Source of the DNA: Lama glama
Taxonomy: Eukaryota
Reading direction: 5' to 3'
NCBI GenBank assembly: GCA_028534125.1
Contig: CM052816.1
Span: 64,110,001 to 64,174,000, forward strand
Length of the DNA stretch: 64,000 nucleotides
Shown: positions 1 through 13,980 of the stretch, piece by piece
How positions within the stretch are numbered: position 1 is the first letter of the stretch
How the letters are laid out: every line of letters begins with the position of its first letter
Position numbers and translations under genes: made by a program
Notes under the pieces: model-generated
What the model saw: the letters and a program-made list of their open reading frames with translations, nothing else
Databases searched by the model: none
What the model was told of the DNA's origin: nothing

Positions 1-2581
1 ACTCAAGACACTGTGGTCAAATAAAGAGATAAACATTGTTTCTGCAGATGCAAGACCTTTGGGGGGAAGGTTTAAAAATTAAGTACTCCTCTTGGACCCC
101 AAATTCTGATTTTCAGTAGATGAGTCAAGCTTTATTCACAGATGCACACCCACACTGCTCCTTCCCCTGCTTCATCCCTAACTCCTGCACGTAGTCATTG
201 CAACCTACTCAGGGAGGCCACCCCTGGCCTTGATAATTCAGGGCGTGGGGAAGATTAATATCAGATCCATCTTGAGTTCTTTTGAAATAACTGAGGAAAC
301 ACAGTTAGACATTTCTACTCATACTCTATTGTTGTAAATTTATTTTGAATTTTTTAATTTACTTTTTAAAGTAGGAAATATATTTATATTGTTCAAAATC
401 CAACATGAAAAATGATGTGGTAAATATTTTTGCTGCCACCTCTGTCCCATTTCTGTTGAGCTCCTACCTGTACCTCACACAGATAATCACCTGACTGTGA
501 CTGTTCGCAGAGTTTTTTATCTCCCACTATAATCTTCATCAGTTCCTTTTTTGTTTCACTGAAGTCCAAGTCCATTGCAATAGAAATTGTACCTGCTATT
601 TCCCTCAAATCCAAAGTCTCATGTTTCTTTATTGTCTCTTTGCCAACAGTCTTATCACTTTCATTTTCACTACTCCCCCAACACACATCTGTGCATGAGC
701 ACACTCACATACAGACTCACACATAGCCCTACCAACCCCATCCAAAGACCACACTGCTTCCAGAGTAATCTCCATCAAGTGCAGCTCTGACAAAGTCCCT
801 TTGTAGCTAGAGAATGCTGCAAAAGCATGAGTGGCCCAACCCTGGCTGACCCAGCTGACTTTGAGCTCACTCCTTTTCCCATCCACACCTACATACACTG
901 CTGTCACCTGACCCTGCTGTTCCCAAACACACCATTCCTCCCCACGTCAGGGTCTCAATCTAGTTCCTCTGCCCAGAATCGCCTCTTTTCCTCCTGAACT
1001 CCAGCTCTTTTATGGTAACAAGGATTTCCTTTCCTTTATTATCTTTTCTCTATTCTCCTTCTCAAAGTTTGCCTTGTATTTTTCTTTAAAAGTGTACTAG
1101 GCTATAGGTTCCTTAAATTAAATGCATCTAATGTGAGGAGTGGACACTATTTCGCTTCTCCTGACTCAGCACCTAGAATCTTGCATGTTGAGCATGGAAG
1201 ACAGAAACTACTAACTGTTGTCTAACATCCTGTCTCTGCTTCTCTGTTCCAATAATAGAAGGGCTGCTTTTCAGCTGCACACATGGCCACCTAGAATAAA
1301 GATTGTGTGAGCTGGGACCCTGTGCCTAAGTTCTGGACAAAGGAAAGTGCGCCAAAGGGTATGCACGGCTTCAGGGTTTACCCTTAAAAGGAAAGAGTGC
1401 GCCTCCCCATCCTCTGCCCTCCTTTCCTCTGGCTGGAATGCAGATGTGCTGGCCAGCCATGTTGGTCCACGTAAATGTGAGCAAAGCACCCTGGTAACAG
1501 GAGAAGAAGGAAGAGAGAAAGACTGTCCAGATTCCACAAAGCCACCTTCCTAGGCAACTGAGCTGCTGTGCGCGGCTGGGTCTGCCAAGTACAAGAGCAT
1601 TCACAGTTTAAACAAGGTGCTTAATTCATGTTTACTGAACTAAAGTCATGGACGACGAATTCTACATTTGTACAGGAAATAAGAAAATTGACGAAAATCC
1701 TGCTTCATGTGTTTAGATGGAAGTTTTAGGCAAAGGGCCTTGCAGGCCCATCCCACGATGCCTCTGTCTGACAGAACACTCATGAGAAACTGAGCTAGCC
1801 CCGTGCTTGCTCCACTGATTAAAGGCACTTATCCCAAGATCAAACACACTTAGTTGGGCCAGAAATCACCCTCAGTGGAGGCCGGGCCTAGTGTGCCGAT
1901 TCTCTTTGCCACACACAGGAAAGGGAGTAAGGAATACAAAGAAGAGACTTTCCCCAGGACAGCGTGGCCCAGTGTGGCTGTTTTTAGGCCCCTGTAACCA
2001 GTCCTGCAAAAACTCCAAAAACACAGGGTGTCCTCTGGCTTTCTTCTGTGTTTAATCTTCTACTTTTCTCTAATGTGACAGAACCCCAGGGAGCTGGAAG
2101 CATCTCACTGATGCAGAGACTTTTCCTCATGGACGAATTCCACCACTGTTAACTCACCCCCGCCCTGGAGCTGACCCTCCAAGATGCTCAGAAACCAGCA
2201 AGAAGGGCCCACCCAAGGCTGCTCCTAGGCCTGGGATGAGATGTGCCCTGTCACCTGGTGGAAGTCACCTGGGCCCCCTTGAACTGCCACCTCCCTAAAT
2301 GCTGGGCTTGCATCAGGAGCTACTTACAGGAATAGTGTACCACATGTTGAGTGAAATAGGAGATACAGGAAATGAGCCAGATTCCTGGGCTTGAGGGAGG
2401 GTTCATTGTAAACCAGAAGGGACAGAACAAGAGCAGCCACACATGGCATTCCAAGTCCTTGGCAAACAACACAAAGGAAGGCTGTATCCACCCATTCTAA
2501 AGAAAGTGTAAGGCTTGCATTCTGGAACGCTAACTTCTTTTTCCTTGGGCAAGAAACACTGAAAACTTGAAGTTGATTTTC

Positions 2582-2582
2582 T

Positions 2583-2620
<38 letters not shown>
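2582..2620 (+). repeat. (GT)n microsatellite
   Basis: Direct dinucleotide run. Confidence 0.95.
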
Positions 2621-2622
<2 letters not shown>

Positions 2623-3769
2623 ATTTTAAACATGGCTGTGGATCAAACAGTCTGAGGGTTCTGTAGACATTTGAGAGAAAAAGTGAGCTCGCAGTAGACA
2701 AAGCCAATTCTGGAAAGAAGTTGAAATGTGAGGTCTGGGAAGTGCCCCTGACTAAGCCACTCAAACCACGTCTCCTGCCCAACGATTTTGGAGCCCCACT
2801 TGTGGTATTTAAAATTGGGGTGACAGGATCCTCAAGGAGACTGAGCCTCAAGGTTGGGGGTTGCACATAACCTCATCCTTTCCATCCTCCTCCTCAAACC
2901 TGAATCACTGCTCCCATGAGTCCAGCTGACTTGAAATCACTCATTTTCTCCAGTGGTCTCTTTATGGTTTTCAGTGCTCTTTTATCTTCCTTTTCCCCAA
3001 AACCACGTGTATGCAGAGTCTCAGCTTCTCTAACAGGATCTTCTCTGAAAGGGTTCCCTTTCTCTGCACTTCACAAGACGAGGTAATAATAGTGTCTAGT
3101 CACCTCCACCATCAGATCCAGAAGGTACCTGCTAAATACTGGCTCTTTGTCCTCAACTGTGAGAAGATGAAGCAGAGGCATGCACAAGGCATGCACACTG
3201 CCTTCCCATCCTCCTCTCTCATCTCCTGCTCCTGGGAGCAAGCCAGTCAACAAGGCTGTAAGTGTTACTGACTTGTAACAATTAAAAGGGAAGTTAAATG
3301 ATATAAATTACTTCTGCATCGTAGCTGGTGCTGGCTCAAGCACTGGAACACCATCATTACCAAGTGCAACAGACAGACTTGGATTCCTCAGAGTAGATAG
3401 AGCCAGGCCCACTGTCTCTCTCGAGAGGCCTGAGGGGGACCTCGTGCGGACAGGGACTTCTCCCTGCAGAGAGAAAACCTGGCTCTGAACAGATGGCTTC
3501 CCCGCAGAGCCGAGGACAAGCGTCTTTGCATGGTGACCCCAGAGTAATGTTGACTTTGCTTTTCCCTGGCAGGCAGAGACCCCATCACCTGGTCCCTGAT
3601 ACCTCCAGATGCCCTGAGCCAAGGGTCTAGTGACGGGAGGTGAGCAGCCAGTTTGCTGCGGTGTTTCCACCAGCACAGGCATCACCTGCAGAGGGGGCAG
3701 CAGGCCTTGCACTGTGCACACAGGGACAATGGACTCTCACCACCTCCCTCCCCACTCTCGCTTGCTCTC

Positions 3770-4165
3770 GCCCGCTCCAGGTGCTCCAGGCGCCCACAGG
3801 TCCTCAAACATGACAGGCACGTCCCAGCCCTAAGACCTGTGCACTTGTCCCTTCTGCGAGGAATGCTCTTTCCTGGGTGTCCTCACAACACCTCCTCCCC
3901 TCATTCAGGTTTGCTCAGAGAGCTCCTTCCTGCAAATGGCTCCCCAGTTCCCATCAACCATCCTTGCTCCCTTTTCTAAGTTCTATTTCTGTGTCATTTC
4001 ACTGCCCAACACATTACCACTTTACTCACATACTTGCTTGCTGCCTTCTTTCCCCCTTTAGAATGTAAGTTCCGCTGGGTGCTGTTTTGTTTACTGCTGT
4101 GTCCTCAGCACCTTGAACAGTGCCAGGTAAACAGTGGATGCTCAAATGTACTAAAAATATTAAAT
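3770..4165 (+). mobile_element. L2 LINE 3' fragment (approximate bounds)
   Basis: Typical L2 tail: agaatgtaagttcc...tgttttgtttactgctgtgtcctcagcaccttgaacagtgccagg...atgctcaaat. Confidence 0.6.
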
Positions 4166-4339
4166 AAAAGAAAGACTTATCATCACTGTTATTGTTACCA
4201 GATACGGTATAGGTCACCTTTGGCATCAGTAAGAGGTACACTCCTTGAAGGAGTCGCCCCTCCTAGAGAGAAGTATTTGTGCAAGACATTCCCCACCTGC
4301 CAACCAAGGCTGAGCAGTGGGACAACCCTAGATTGCTTT

Positions 4340-4796
4340 CCTAGTGTGCTGGGGCTGCCAGAACAGCATCATCAACTGGGTGGCTTCAACAACAGAAGTT
4401 TCTTGTCTCACAGTCTGGAGGCTAGGAGTCTGAGATCAAGGTATGGGCAGGGTTGGTTCTTTACAAAGATTCTGAGGGAGTCTCTGTTCCAGGTTTCCCC
4501 ACTGGCTTCTGGAGGCTTTCTGGCCATCTTTTGTGTTCCTTGCTTGTAGAAGCAGCACCTTGATCTCTGCCTTCATCTTCACATGGCACTCTCTCTGTCT
4601 GCATGCCTGTATCCAAATTTCCTCTGCTTATGAAGACGTTTGTCATACTGGACTAGGGCCCACCCTGAGGACCTTGTCTTAAGTAATGACATCTACAACA
4701 ACCCTATTTCCAAATAAAGCCACATGCTGGGGTACTGGGAGTTACGACTTCATATGTGAATTCGGAGATGGAAGAGACACAATTAAACCCACAACT
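4340..4796. mobile_element. MaLR solo LTR (MLT1-like)
   Basis: Characteristic MLT1 strings: ggtggcttcaacaacagaagtttcttgtctcacagtctggaggctagg; gactagggcccaccct; ctatttccaaataaagccacat; acaattaaacccacaac. Confidence 0.8.
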
Positions 4797-6829
4797 CTTC
4801 CCATCTTGTCTGGAGACAGAAAGTTTGCCTAATGGTCAACTTCCTCTCTTCACATTCCTCTCACTGCTTCTCAAGGGAATGAACATGGATGTCAAAAAGT
4901 GTTGGCCTAAGGCTAGTCTAAGAGCCAGTGTCCACCTTCCTCAGGCTTTCCCTTAAGATGACCATTGTTCAGACAGTGTAGACCACCCTGCAGCCCAGAG
5001 GGAGGCCACCTGTCCCCCAGCATCCTGCAGGCCCACTGAGTGCTGTCCCTCAGCTGGACCCAAACTGAGTCAGCAGGAAAGACAACTGAAGGTGGGCTCA
5101 AATAGCACACACCCCCACCAACACCCAGCGATGGGCCAGAAGGAATGTCCCAAGAGCCAGGGGCAGGCACAGCTGCCAAGACCTAACAAGGGCCCTGTGC
5201 ACACAGTTCTTGAAACAAATGTTTTGAGTGATAGAAATAACAAAATTTACCCAAGCAGCCACCAAACAGGACACAGACCTTTGAAAACTTCAGTGGGGTT
5301 GATTCTAAAGCTGCCTGCTGGCATCAGCACATGAATGTTGGTGTCCCTATCTCTGTCATGAGCCCAGTTCTTGGTATTTTATAACCCACAGTAAACTGGT
5401 GGGGCAGGCCTCTTGAGAGCCTTACCCAGGTCTTAATCCATATGCATTTGCCCCCAGAAAGGGAGCTAAAGGACACGAGATGCTTTTGCTTTTCTAACCC
5501 ATGATGTTCTGATTTACCAGAACTAAAAGTGAAATAATGAAACGCAGTGGGGTGAGTCCAGGTGTGTGGTCTCAGTGAAACTTGAACTCCAACTTCCTAT
5601 AACTGTCTGCCAAATAACATTCCCTTCACTGCTGTGGCGAGGATTAGATGAGATAACTTTCTGCCCTGCACACAGTAGGTACTCACTAAATGAAAAGAGA
5701 CTCAGCTGAAGAAGGAAAATCTTGCAGCAGCAAGAAGCCCTGTGCACTGCGGCCTGTTTTCACCTCCCTGTTGCCAAGGGTGCCTGCTGCAAAGACCAGG
5801 AAAAGCTGGGGGGCTCCAGCATTCCCAGGCAGCAGAGTGCCCTCTGTGGCATCTTTCCTCCTGCCCAGATTTAAATTAAAGTATGAAATTTGCATGCAAT
5901 CCCCTCAGGGCCTGGCTCAGAGACCTCAGCCTCAGGTTTGAAATACTTCTGCTCGGGGGAGCAGCAGGTTCAAATCCCAGGAGGGTTTCTGCTAGGCCTG
6001 GCATCCTTCTGAGACAGATCATTTGAATAAATGCAATTTAGTGAAGGCAGACCTTTGAGAGGAGGCCTCTGGAAAGGAAAGCTGGAGCCCCTGTGGGAGG
6101 GCACAGAGGGTCAGAGTTTTATCCAGGTTTTCCCAGTGTCCTTGCCAGATGACAAGTATGCACTGAAAACTCCGGAGAGGAAGCTCACAGAGGATCCCTG
6201 TGCCAGGACCTACCCCCGACTTGTCTCTATTGTGGATCATCTGTCATTTGCTTTCTTCTCACCTCTCTCTGCCCAGTGAGTGGGTGTTTTTGAAAAAGGG
6301 AGTTCTCTGGCCTAAGACTCTTTTCCTGTTCTAGGGATGGGTCTATTTCCCTCCAAGCCATGGCTAATAGGAGGATAGTTTAACTCAGTGGTTACAGCTG
6401 TAGACCCAAGATCAGATGACCCGTAAATTCTAGCTTCTCTGAGTCCTACCTGTGTGGCATCTTCTGCGGCGCACACTAAAAAGTACACTGGTTTCTGCAT
6501 TTTGAAAACTATCCCTTAAGGCATAGCCACAGTACCCCGCTGCCCTGAGCCTGGGGCCTCCCATGATAAAGGATCTCCAAGGAAGCTCTCCAATAGCCCC
6601 AAGCAGAGGCAGCAAGGAAACATCAGAGCAATCAAAGGCTTCTATCACTTTTGGGACATATACTCAAAAGCCCCTTTAATTATACCCCCTAAACTTCACA
6701 GTTACCCTTGGTCTAATGAGAATTTACATGACTTCTTAGGGGCCACAGCTCTCAGGGCTCTGATCTCCACAAAGTATAAAGGGCTATGGAGAGACACCAA
6801 GACGGGGAGCCAGAGCTGGGTCCCGTCTC

Positions 6830-7215
6830 AAGTCGGGGTCCTCCAGAGGACAGAGATAGATTAGCGCGCAGGACATTTATAAGGGAGCACTCTTGGGGCC
6901 ATACACCCATAGAGGGAAGGGAAGGAGGCAGAGAAGCTGAGTTGTGATACAATCTTGACAGAGGTCTCGGCTGACCACACGGGGAGCTGGAGCAGCCTGA
7001 GAGCTGCCCCAGGCGAGGAGGGGAACCAGGCCTTTTCCCATGTGGGTCAGTCATCAGACATGGCTGCTCCAGGAAGGGGCCTGGCTCTGAGCAAGGTGGG
7101 TCTCCCAGCAGAGGCAATCCGCAAGGAATGCCCAAGGCTGAGGGCTCTCTTCCCACAGCAGCACCACAGGGCCCAAGGCGGGTTACGGCAGCATGTCACA
7201 GCGTTCACCACAAGT
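6830..7215. mobile_element. Old ERVL-type solo LTR (LTR16-like)
   Basis: Recalled similarity: catttataagggagcactcttgggg...gggaagggaaggaggcag...ctcggctgaccacacggggagctggagc. Confidence 0.5.
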
Positions 7216-8036
7216 CCTCACTAGGATGACCTCTTCCTTCATGAGTAGAAATATCTCTCCACTTTTGCAGAGTCAGAGATCTTTCACAACTGGGACAATG
7301 AAAAGAGGGGATTTCACTGTGGTCAGAGGTACTCCCAGGCCTAACTCTTCCACTCAATCTAAGACTGTGCACCAGTCATTCGATTTATCGGCAAACAGCA
7401 GGAAGATTTCAAACTGTGGAGTCCTCAAGTCAGAAAGGAGCAAAGCCATTCAACTGAACTCTCACCCAAGGCAGAGACCCTCCCACCCCGTGAGTCCCAG
7501 CAGATGGTCTTCCAGCCTCTGCCTAATTGTTTTAACGCCTGGGCTGAGGCGGGGTCTCCCTCTACAATGGGCCTGATACCCCTGTTAATAGTTTTTCCCT
7601 AATGTTCAGCTACTATCAACCTCCCAGGAAAGATCACTCCTATCTCAGGAAGTAAGTGCTGACCATCCTTCAGCTATTTGAATACAATCTGGTTCTTCCT
7701 GTGGGCACCGACTATATGACTGCCAAGCATTGGTTCACTCATTTGACACATGTATTTGTACCTTCTGCCAAGTCCTTACGTGAACATTGAGTTAATCCAT
7801 CTTCATAAGAGTCTCATAAGTGTAACAACAGTCAGCATTACTATCCTTGATTCTTGCCCTGGGAAATTAAGGAAGGCTTCACAGAAAAGGGAGGCACTGG
7901 GTTGTATCTGGAAGAATGAATAGGAAGTCTCTGATCCTAGAGAGGGTGACATTTCAAGGTAAGGGAATAGACTTACAAAGACCTGGAGCACTGGAGTGCT
8001 TGGCATATTTGGGGAAAGGCTGGAATATGGCTAGAG

Positions 8037-8243
8037 TGGTGGTTCTCACCTGAGGACAGTTATTCTCCAGAGGACATTTGGCAACCTCTAGAGACATTAT
8101 TGTCACAACTAGGGGCAGGTACTACTGGCATCTAGTGGGTAAAGGCCAGTAATGCTGCTAAACATCCTACAATGCACAAGACAGCCCCCACAACAAAAGT
8201 ACCTGACCCAAAATTTCAATAGTGCTGAGGCTGGGGAAACCTG
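8037..8243 (+). mobile_element. MER20-like hAT-Charlie DNA transposon
   Basis: MER20 core (gctaaacatcctacaatgcacaagacagccccc); 8 bp TSD ggctagag 8029-8036 / ggctacag 8244-8251. Confidence 0.85.
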
Positions 8244-8449
8244 GGCTACAGCCTGGGGGAAGCGCAGGGATGGTAAATAGGTAAACTGGAACTAGATTCT
8301 GAAGGACCAGCTGAGAAGTTTAATTTCTTCCTGTTGACTGCAGTATTTGGGGACCTAGATTTTGTTAAAAAAAAAAATTGGAGAATCATCTAGAGTGAGC
8401 CAAGTCCGAGATCAAAGAGATTGTCTGGAGACTGTTGGGGTTGCCAACT

Positions 8450-8726
8450 CATTCATTCTTTCACTCATTATTTATTAAAGACTTAGTGAGCATCTATTAT
8501 GTACTAATCCTTTGTGCTGGTCCCTGAGATGTAAGGATGAGTAAAACAGATTTAGCCCCTTACCTTGGGAGTTTTACAGTCTAAGTATAAGAGACAGAGA
8601 GAGAGACTGTTCGAATAATCTCACAAATATGGAAGCACACATTAGCAGGTACAATAAAGCAACAGCAAGGGAGCTACCAGAATATATGACAATGAGGACT
8701 GATCAAGGAAGGTTCCAAGGAGAAAG
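8450..8726 (-). mobile_element. L2 fragment interrupted by ERV-A (continues after 14847)
   Basis: L2 tail in reverse (ttcattc...gagcatctattatgtac...). The ggaaggttcc..gag motif is cut at 8726 and resumes as aaaggtttaagccatcttgaagaaagatg after the 3' LTR. Confidence 0.6.
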
Positions 8727-9264
8727 TGTCCCCTGCAAAGCCCACTGGGGTCAAGAAAAATAAGGCAGAATCTAGGTGATAAGATCTAACCTCTTGTTTT
8801 GTGCTTAGTTTAGTTTCACTTGCCTATCAGATGCCATGGGCAAAGGCTTTGCATCTAACGTCAGATTAGAGCTCCCATCACAGAACTGCTGTGCCTAACA
8901 CTCCAGCTTGGCATGTCATGTGCAGAAGCGCTGCAAACACCTCAATTCAAGATGGTGGCAGTGTACTGTGTGCAGAAATGCTACACTTGGCACTTCAATC
9001 TGGAGCTCTGTGAGCAGCTCAGCTGTGCCTGACCTCAAGGACTCTGTGCCCCTCTCCACAGAGGAGAACCCAACAAAACAGCCCCCTCAGTGGCCAGGTG
9101 GAGAGACTGTGTACTTTAGAGTGTGAGCTCACACCTCTCCATCCTTTGATCAAAGAATAAAACTTTCCTTTGCTTCTGAACCAAACTTGGTCTCATTCTA
9201 TTGGCTTGAATGACACCAGGCAGGAGGACCATTGTTGAGGCTGGATTCAGAAGTATTGGTAACA
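8727..9264 (+). mobile_element. ERV-A 5' LTR
   Basis: Starts TGTCCCC, ends GGTAACA, has AATAAA near 9155, is followed by a PBS and is homologous to 14108-14847. Confidence 0.85.
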
Positions 9265-9269
9265 AATTT

Positions 9270-9287
9270 TGGTGACCATGAAAGGAT
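9270..9287 (+). promoter_or_regulatory. Primer-binding site, tRNA-Arg type
   Basis: tggtgaccatgaaaggat vs TGGCGACCACGAAGGGAC (complement of the tRNA-Arg 3' end); 14/18 matches, all differences transitions. Confidence 0.7.
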
Positions 9288-9927
9288 GAACCATGGCCTT
9301 TTTGCCTACACCTATTCACTAGGATCTTGGGTTGCCCTGCTCCAGCGGGAAGATGGCAGAGGCTCTGGGAGGTTGGCATGGGGATGATTAACTCTGATCT
9401 TTGGTATACTCTGATAGGGTAGAATTCAGAGCAACTCTGTTCAGCAACCCAGTACTCAGGTGTGGTGCGCACACAGTGTAGCCCCCAGAGGCAACTGGAC
9501 CATGCCCCCTCAAGGGGATCATATTATGGCATCACTAGGGGTCAAAGACTAAAACTCACACGTCTGCCCACTACCTCTGGCTGGCCTTTCCCTAGTACCA
9601 GATGCCTGGGGGCAGTGGGGACTTGTGGACAACAGGGAGCCACAGCAGTCCTGCCTGCTATCTTACCAGTAGTACTGTCTCTTGCCCCTGTACAAGGCAG
9701 TAGTGGCCACACCAGCACTTTTTGTCCTCCTTGCCAACCCCCAGAGGTCAACAGTAGCATTCTCCATAGTCTCTTTTGGTTTGGTAAAGGACAGTGACCA
9801 GGCCTGTGAGCCAAGAGGTGAGACCAAGAAAAGGCCTAGGTAATGAGGACCACCTGGCAAAACACAATGAGGACGCTCATTCCATTCAGGAAAAGGAACC
9901 GAGGATGCCTGCGTGCAAAATTATCCC

Positions 9928-9936
9928 AAGGTAAGT
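9928..9936 (+). promoter_or_regulatory. Candidate ERV-A major splice donor
   Basis: Perfect AAG|GTAAGT in the leader upstream of gag; a possible acceptor ...tttatccccttaag ends at 12674, just before the env ATG. Confidence 0.45.
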
Positions 9937-10154
9937 AAGTGACCGGTGACTTGAGCTCTTCCGGTTAGTGCTAGTTTCTGTGAAGTGGGCTGGGAGGCCT
10001 GTGAGCCACTCGCAAGACCAGAAACCCCATTATTGGGAAGCAATGTGAGCTGCTGGAAAATACCCACCACCTGACCTCTCCTCCCACCGCTGCCTGTGAG
10101 GAGAAACTTCAGTGACTCTCTATCCACTGAGGTTCTCCAGGCTCTCTTCCAGGT

Positions 10155-11455
10155 ATGAGCACAGCATTCCAGGTGCCCCGGTGATCTGGTGAGTACCTCA
10201 TGGGAATCCCTCTTGCTTTTAGCTCTCATCCAGTGGGAAGTCTGAAAACTCCTCCTTTTTGGCTGAAAGATGAAAAGAGAAGACTCCTGCCTAAGCTAAG
10301 CTGCTCTGGCCCAAAGGCAGTCCTGTCTAACTTCCTGCAGGACATTCTGCCTGAGAAAAGACTGACTATTTCAAGCACCGGCCATCATTAATCCAAGGGA
10401 AACCCCCAACTGTATCAGAGCCCGTGCCTATACAGGTCTCTTGAGGAATCCATGAACAGTTGGTGCTGGTTCCAAATTTCATGAACTTGGAAATCTTATT
10501 TGGGTCAAATCTTATGGTATTAGCATGCCAATAAACCACTCCAAGCACCCCCTCAGTAGTTGGAAAAAATGTCATTTTAAAGGACTGAGGAAAGAGCCAG
10601 AGGGGTTCCTGAATCTGATCAGGGAAATCTTTCAGACTCATGACCCTCCCTGGGCTGACATCCAGAGCCTCCTCAGTGTACTCCTAATAGGGGAAGAAAA
10701 GGCTATGGTCTTTTCAAAAGCCTGAGAGGAAGAAGACAGAGAAAAGAAACAATGCAGGCGATGCTGTTTTCAGACCAGGGTATCAGGTGGTCCCAGGTAA
10801 CGAATCCGACTGGGACCACCAAGACAATGGAGAAGGGAGTGGAAGACAGAGGCTGACCCATTATAAAAATACGATCCTAAAGGGAATCCAGGCAGCAGGA
10901 AAGAAACCTGTCAATTGGAATAAGATAAAGGAAACCAATCAGGGGCCAACAGAAAACACGTCGGCAATCCTAGAGCACCTAAGGGAATGCCTCTGACTCT
11001 GTACCACACTGAATCTGAGTCATTGGAAGGGGATGCAATCCTGAGGTCATATTTCATTTCCCAGTGCCCCCAATGTCAGGTGTAAACTTCAGAAACTGGA
11101 AATAGAAGCAGATACCCCTACCTCTTGCCTGGTCAAGGTTGCCTACCCGGTGTTTAATAACTGAAATACAGAGTAGGACAAGTCAGAGGATAAAAAGGCC
11201 TAGAAGCAAGCCCATCTACTAGCTGTTGCCCTCCAATGGCAACCAGTTGGTATGGGAATCTGGACTCTCAATTCCAGTGAGTGACCCTGGGCCTTTACTG
11301 AGGAGTAGCAAGCCAAGAAAACAAGGACCCAATCAGTGCGCCATAAGTAAACGAGAGACCCTGGAAGGAATAACGTCCCCAAAGCGGGACAGAAATGGTA
11401 GATCTCAGCTACTACCCTCAAAGGCAGATGGCCCAAATAGATGAAAAATGATGAG
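10155..11455 (+). pseudogene. gag: ERV-A gag remnant
   Basis: Capsid motifs WKKCHFKGLRKEPEGFLNLIREIFQTHDPPWADIQSLL and KPVNWNKIKETNQGPTEN; degenerate zinc knuckle NQCA...; many stops and frameshifts. Confidence 0.85.
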
Positions 11456-12640
11456 GTTGGGGGTTCCTTAGGCTAGTAATCCAACTGACCCTCAAGGAGC
11501 CCCAGCTGACATTGGACATGGGGGGAAACCTTTGAAGTCTTACTTGACACTGGTGCCCCTTACTCAGTTCTGAGCACCAAATCAGGCAAACTGGACCACT
11601 AGAGTTGTAAAATCTTGATGATATCACAGAAGGCCTAAGAATGGGCATTAACAGAGCCATTAGACAATCCAGTGGTTACTATAAAAACTTGTCACACACT
11701 AAATCCTGCCACCTTACTACCTACAGAAATGAGCCCCTGGAAGATGACTGTATAGAAACAACAGACACAGTCTATTCCCGTTGCCCTGACCCAGGAAGTG
11801 AGGCTCTCTCTAATGCTGAAGAGGAATGATTCAGAGCTAGGAGGAGTTTCATGATTGAGTGAAAAAGCCTGGCAGGATCTGCAGTAACCTCCCAGACCCA
11901 AGTCATAGGAGAAGCCCAGCCCTACAGACTTCTGCCAAAAGGCAGAACTGATAGCCCTCACCTGAGCCTTAGTGCCTGGGACAGGGAAGATCTTAAATGT
12001 TTCAGACCAGAAACTGGAAGGTTGATTTTAGTTATATTGAGAGTACAGGGTAATTTCAGGTATCTCTTGGTGCTAGCAGACATTTTCTGGGTGGATAAAA
12101 ACATTCCTCATTAGAACTGAAATGGAGCTGGAGTGGCAAAGGCAATACTAAAAGAAATAATCCCCAGATTTGGACTCCCAGGATCCCTACAAACCAATAA
12201 TGGTCCAGCATTTGTCTCTCAAGTGAACAGGTGCCCCGGCCATAAAACGGACCTTGCACTCATGCTGGAGACCCCAATCATCGGGGAAAGTGGAGATCCA
12301 ACCAGACCTTGAAATGAGCCTTAGCCAAGCTTTGTCAATAAACTCAAGAAAACTGGATTAGGTTGCTTTTGATAGCCCCAAAGGATAAATTAAAGTGCAT
12401 TTGAACTCAGGTACTGTGGACCCATTCCCCAAGCCCAAGAAAATGGATACCTTTACCCCATTAAAATGGAACAATGCAAGTATTTCCTCTAGGAAGGAGA
12501 AACCATGAAAGCTCTCACAGAATAGGTAACCAGGCACTGCCAGCACCCACTAACCTGGCCCTACACCCCTTCTGGCTAGGAGACTGGATGTACCTAAAAA
12601 CCTAGAAAACCAGCAGCCCGCAAGGTACCCTGGTAACTGC
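11456..12640 (+). pseudogene. pol: ERV-A pro plus truncated pol (tether, partial RNase H, partial integrase)
   Basis: Degenerate DTGA-like protease site near 11545; NPATLLP near 11701; AELIAL RNase H near 11942; integrase [29 protein letters not shown]; no RT motifs seen. Confidence 0.85.
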
Positions 12641-12679
12641 TGCCATTGTGCTGAGTCTTCTTTATCCCCTTAAGACAAA

Positions 12680-13930
12680 ATGAGGGCTCTATACTTCCAA
12701 TTTATACTTCTCAACTTGAGAATTAAAATGTTCACCCCCACTCTCACCCCATGGCAAACAAATTTCTTCTACAATGTGACATATTCAGGACAGATGGAAC
12801 TTCACTGACTGTTGGATCTGTCATGTCCAATCTGAAACAGGAAAGGACCATCAGACATTTTTAAGAGGAATCCTAATAACCAAGGGGAAAGTACTGAATA
12901 CTACCATCCTCCTAGCAGGCGATAGACTATAAACAAGTTGAAGTCGCAGCTGGTGTGACACTTATGGAGCAACATCACCAACAGTATGTGAATCAGGTGA
13001 AACAGTATGTGAACGAGGGAAAACAGAGTTGAGTTTGGTGCCTGGGTGTCCCAAAAGGACCCTAGATATTATGTACAGGGATGAAAAATCAGAGAACTGA
13101 CCCTTTTGGGACTCAACCCAATGGCACAGGGCTGGTGTGTTTACAAGGATACATGCTCTTGGGTAAGCCCTTAAACACAACGAGAGGCTGGGCATCCCAA
13201 TGTTTAGACAGTACCAAGGCAAGAGGCTATGTCACCATGAAAACTGTGGAACCGAATCCAAACTTAATTGGAGTTTACAATCAGACCATTAACCACGGGA
13301 AGAAGCCATGACACTCCAAAAGAGCCACAAGACTACTAATCATAGGAGTCACTGCACTCACTGGGGTGCTAGTGACCCCAATATATAACACTGTCACCAT
13401 AAAAAAAGATAACAGCCACAGTGTCAACAGTGGACACTGAGACTGACCTCAACTTCAAACTTTCAGAGAAAACTTGACATATGAAGCATGCCAAATCTAT
13501 AAACCCCCTACAAAAATCTATTGACTCACTGGCCAGTATGATCCTAGATAACTGCGCTGGCCTAGATTATGTTAGCTGATCAGGGAGGGGTCTGCACGCT
13601 GGGCAGTGTGCCAATTTGCTTTTACATCAATACAAGTGCCCTGACTGGAGAAAGTGCAGACAGGCTACTAGAAAAAGCAACTTGGCTAACGGAAGCCAGC
13701 CTGGTGAACAAATGTGGAGTGGGGTAAAACGGGCTCTCCCAGGTTTACTTGATTTCTACCTTTCCTAGGCCCCTTAAAAACTACTTTCTTTTGCTGATAT
13801 TTGGTCCACCTATCTTAAATTATCTGGTGTCCTTTGTCTCCAAAAGGTCAGACAAATGGTGGGTGCTCAGGGGTATCAACAGTTAGGGCCAAGGCCTGAT
13901 AACGATCAACCATATCTAAAGGTGGCGGGG
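12680..13930 (+). pseudogene. env: ERV-A env remnant
   Basis: ATG at 12680 with a signal-like leader, CWIC motif near 12809, immunosuppressive domain SIDSLASMILDNCAGLDY, QGGVC...CFYINTS, membrane region FLGPL; frameshifted. Confidence 0.85.
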
Positions 13931-13980
13931 TGGAAGTGCTCCTTTACCAGGGGTTATGATGATACCCGAACTCACCAGGA

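Noticed and set aside
2324..2866. 180 aa minus-strand ORF
   Set aside because: It spans a microsatellite and shows no domain or splice support.
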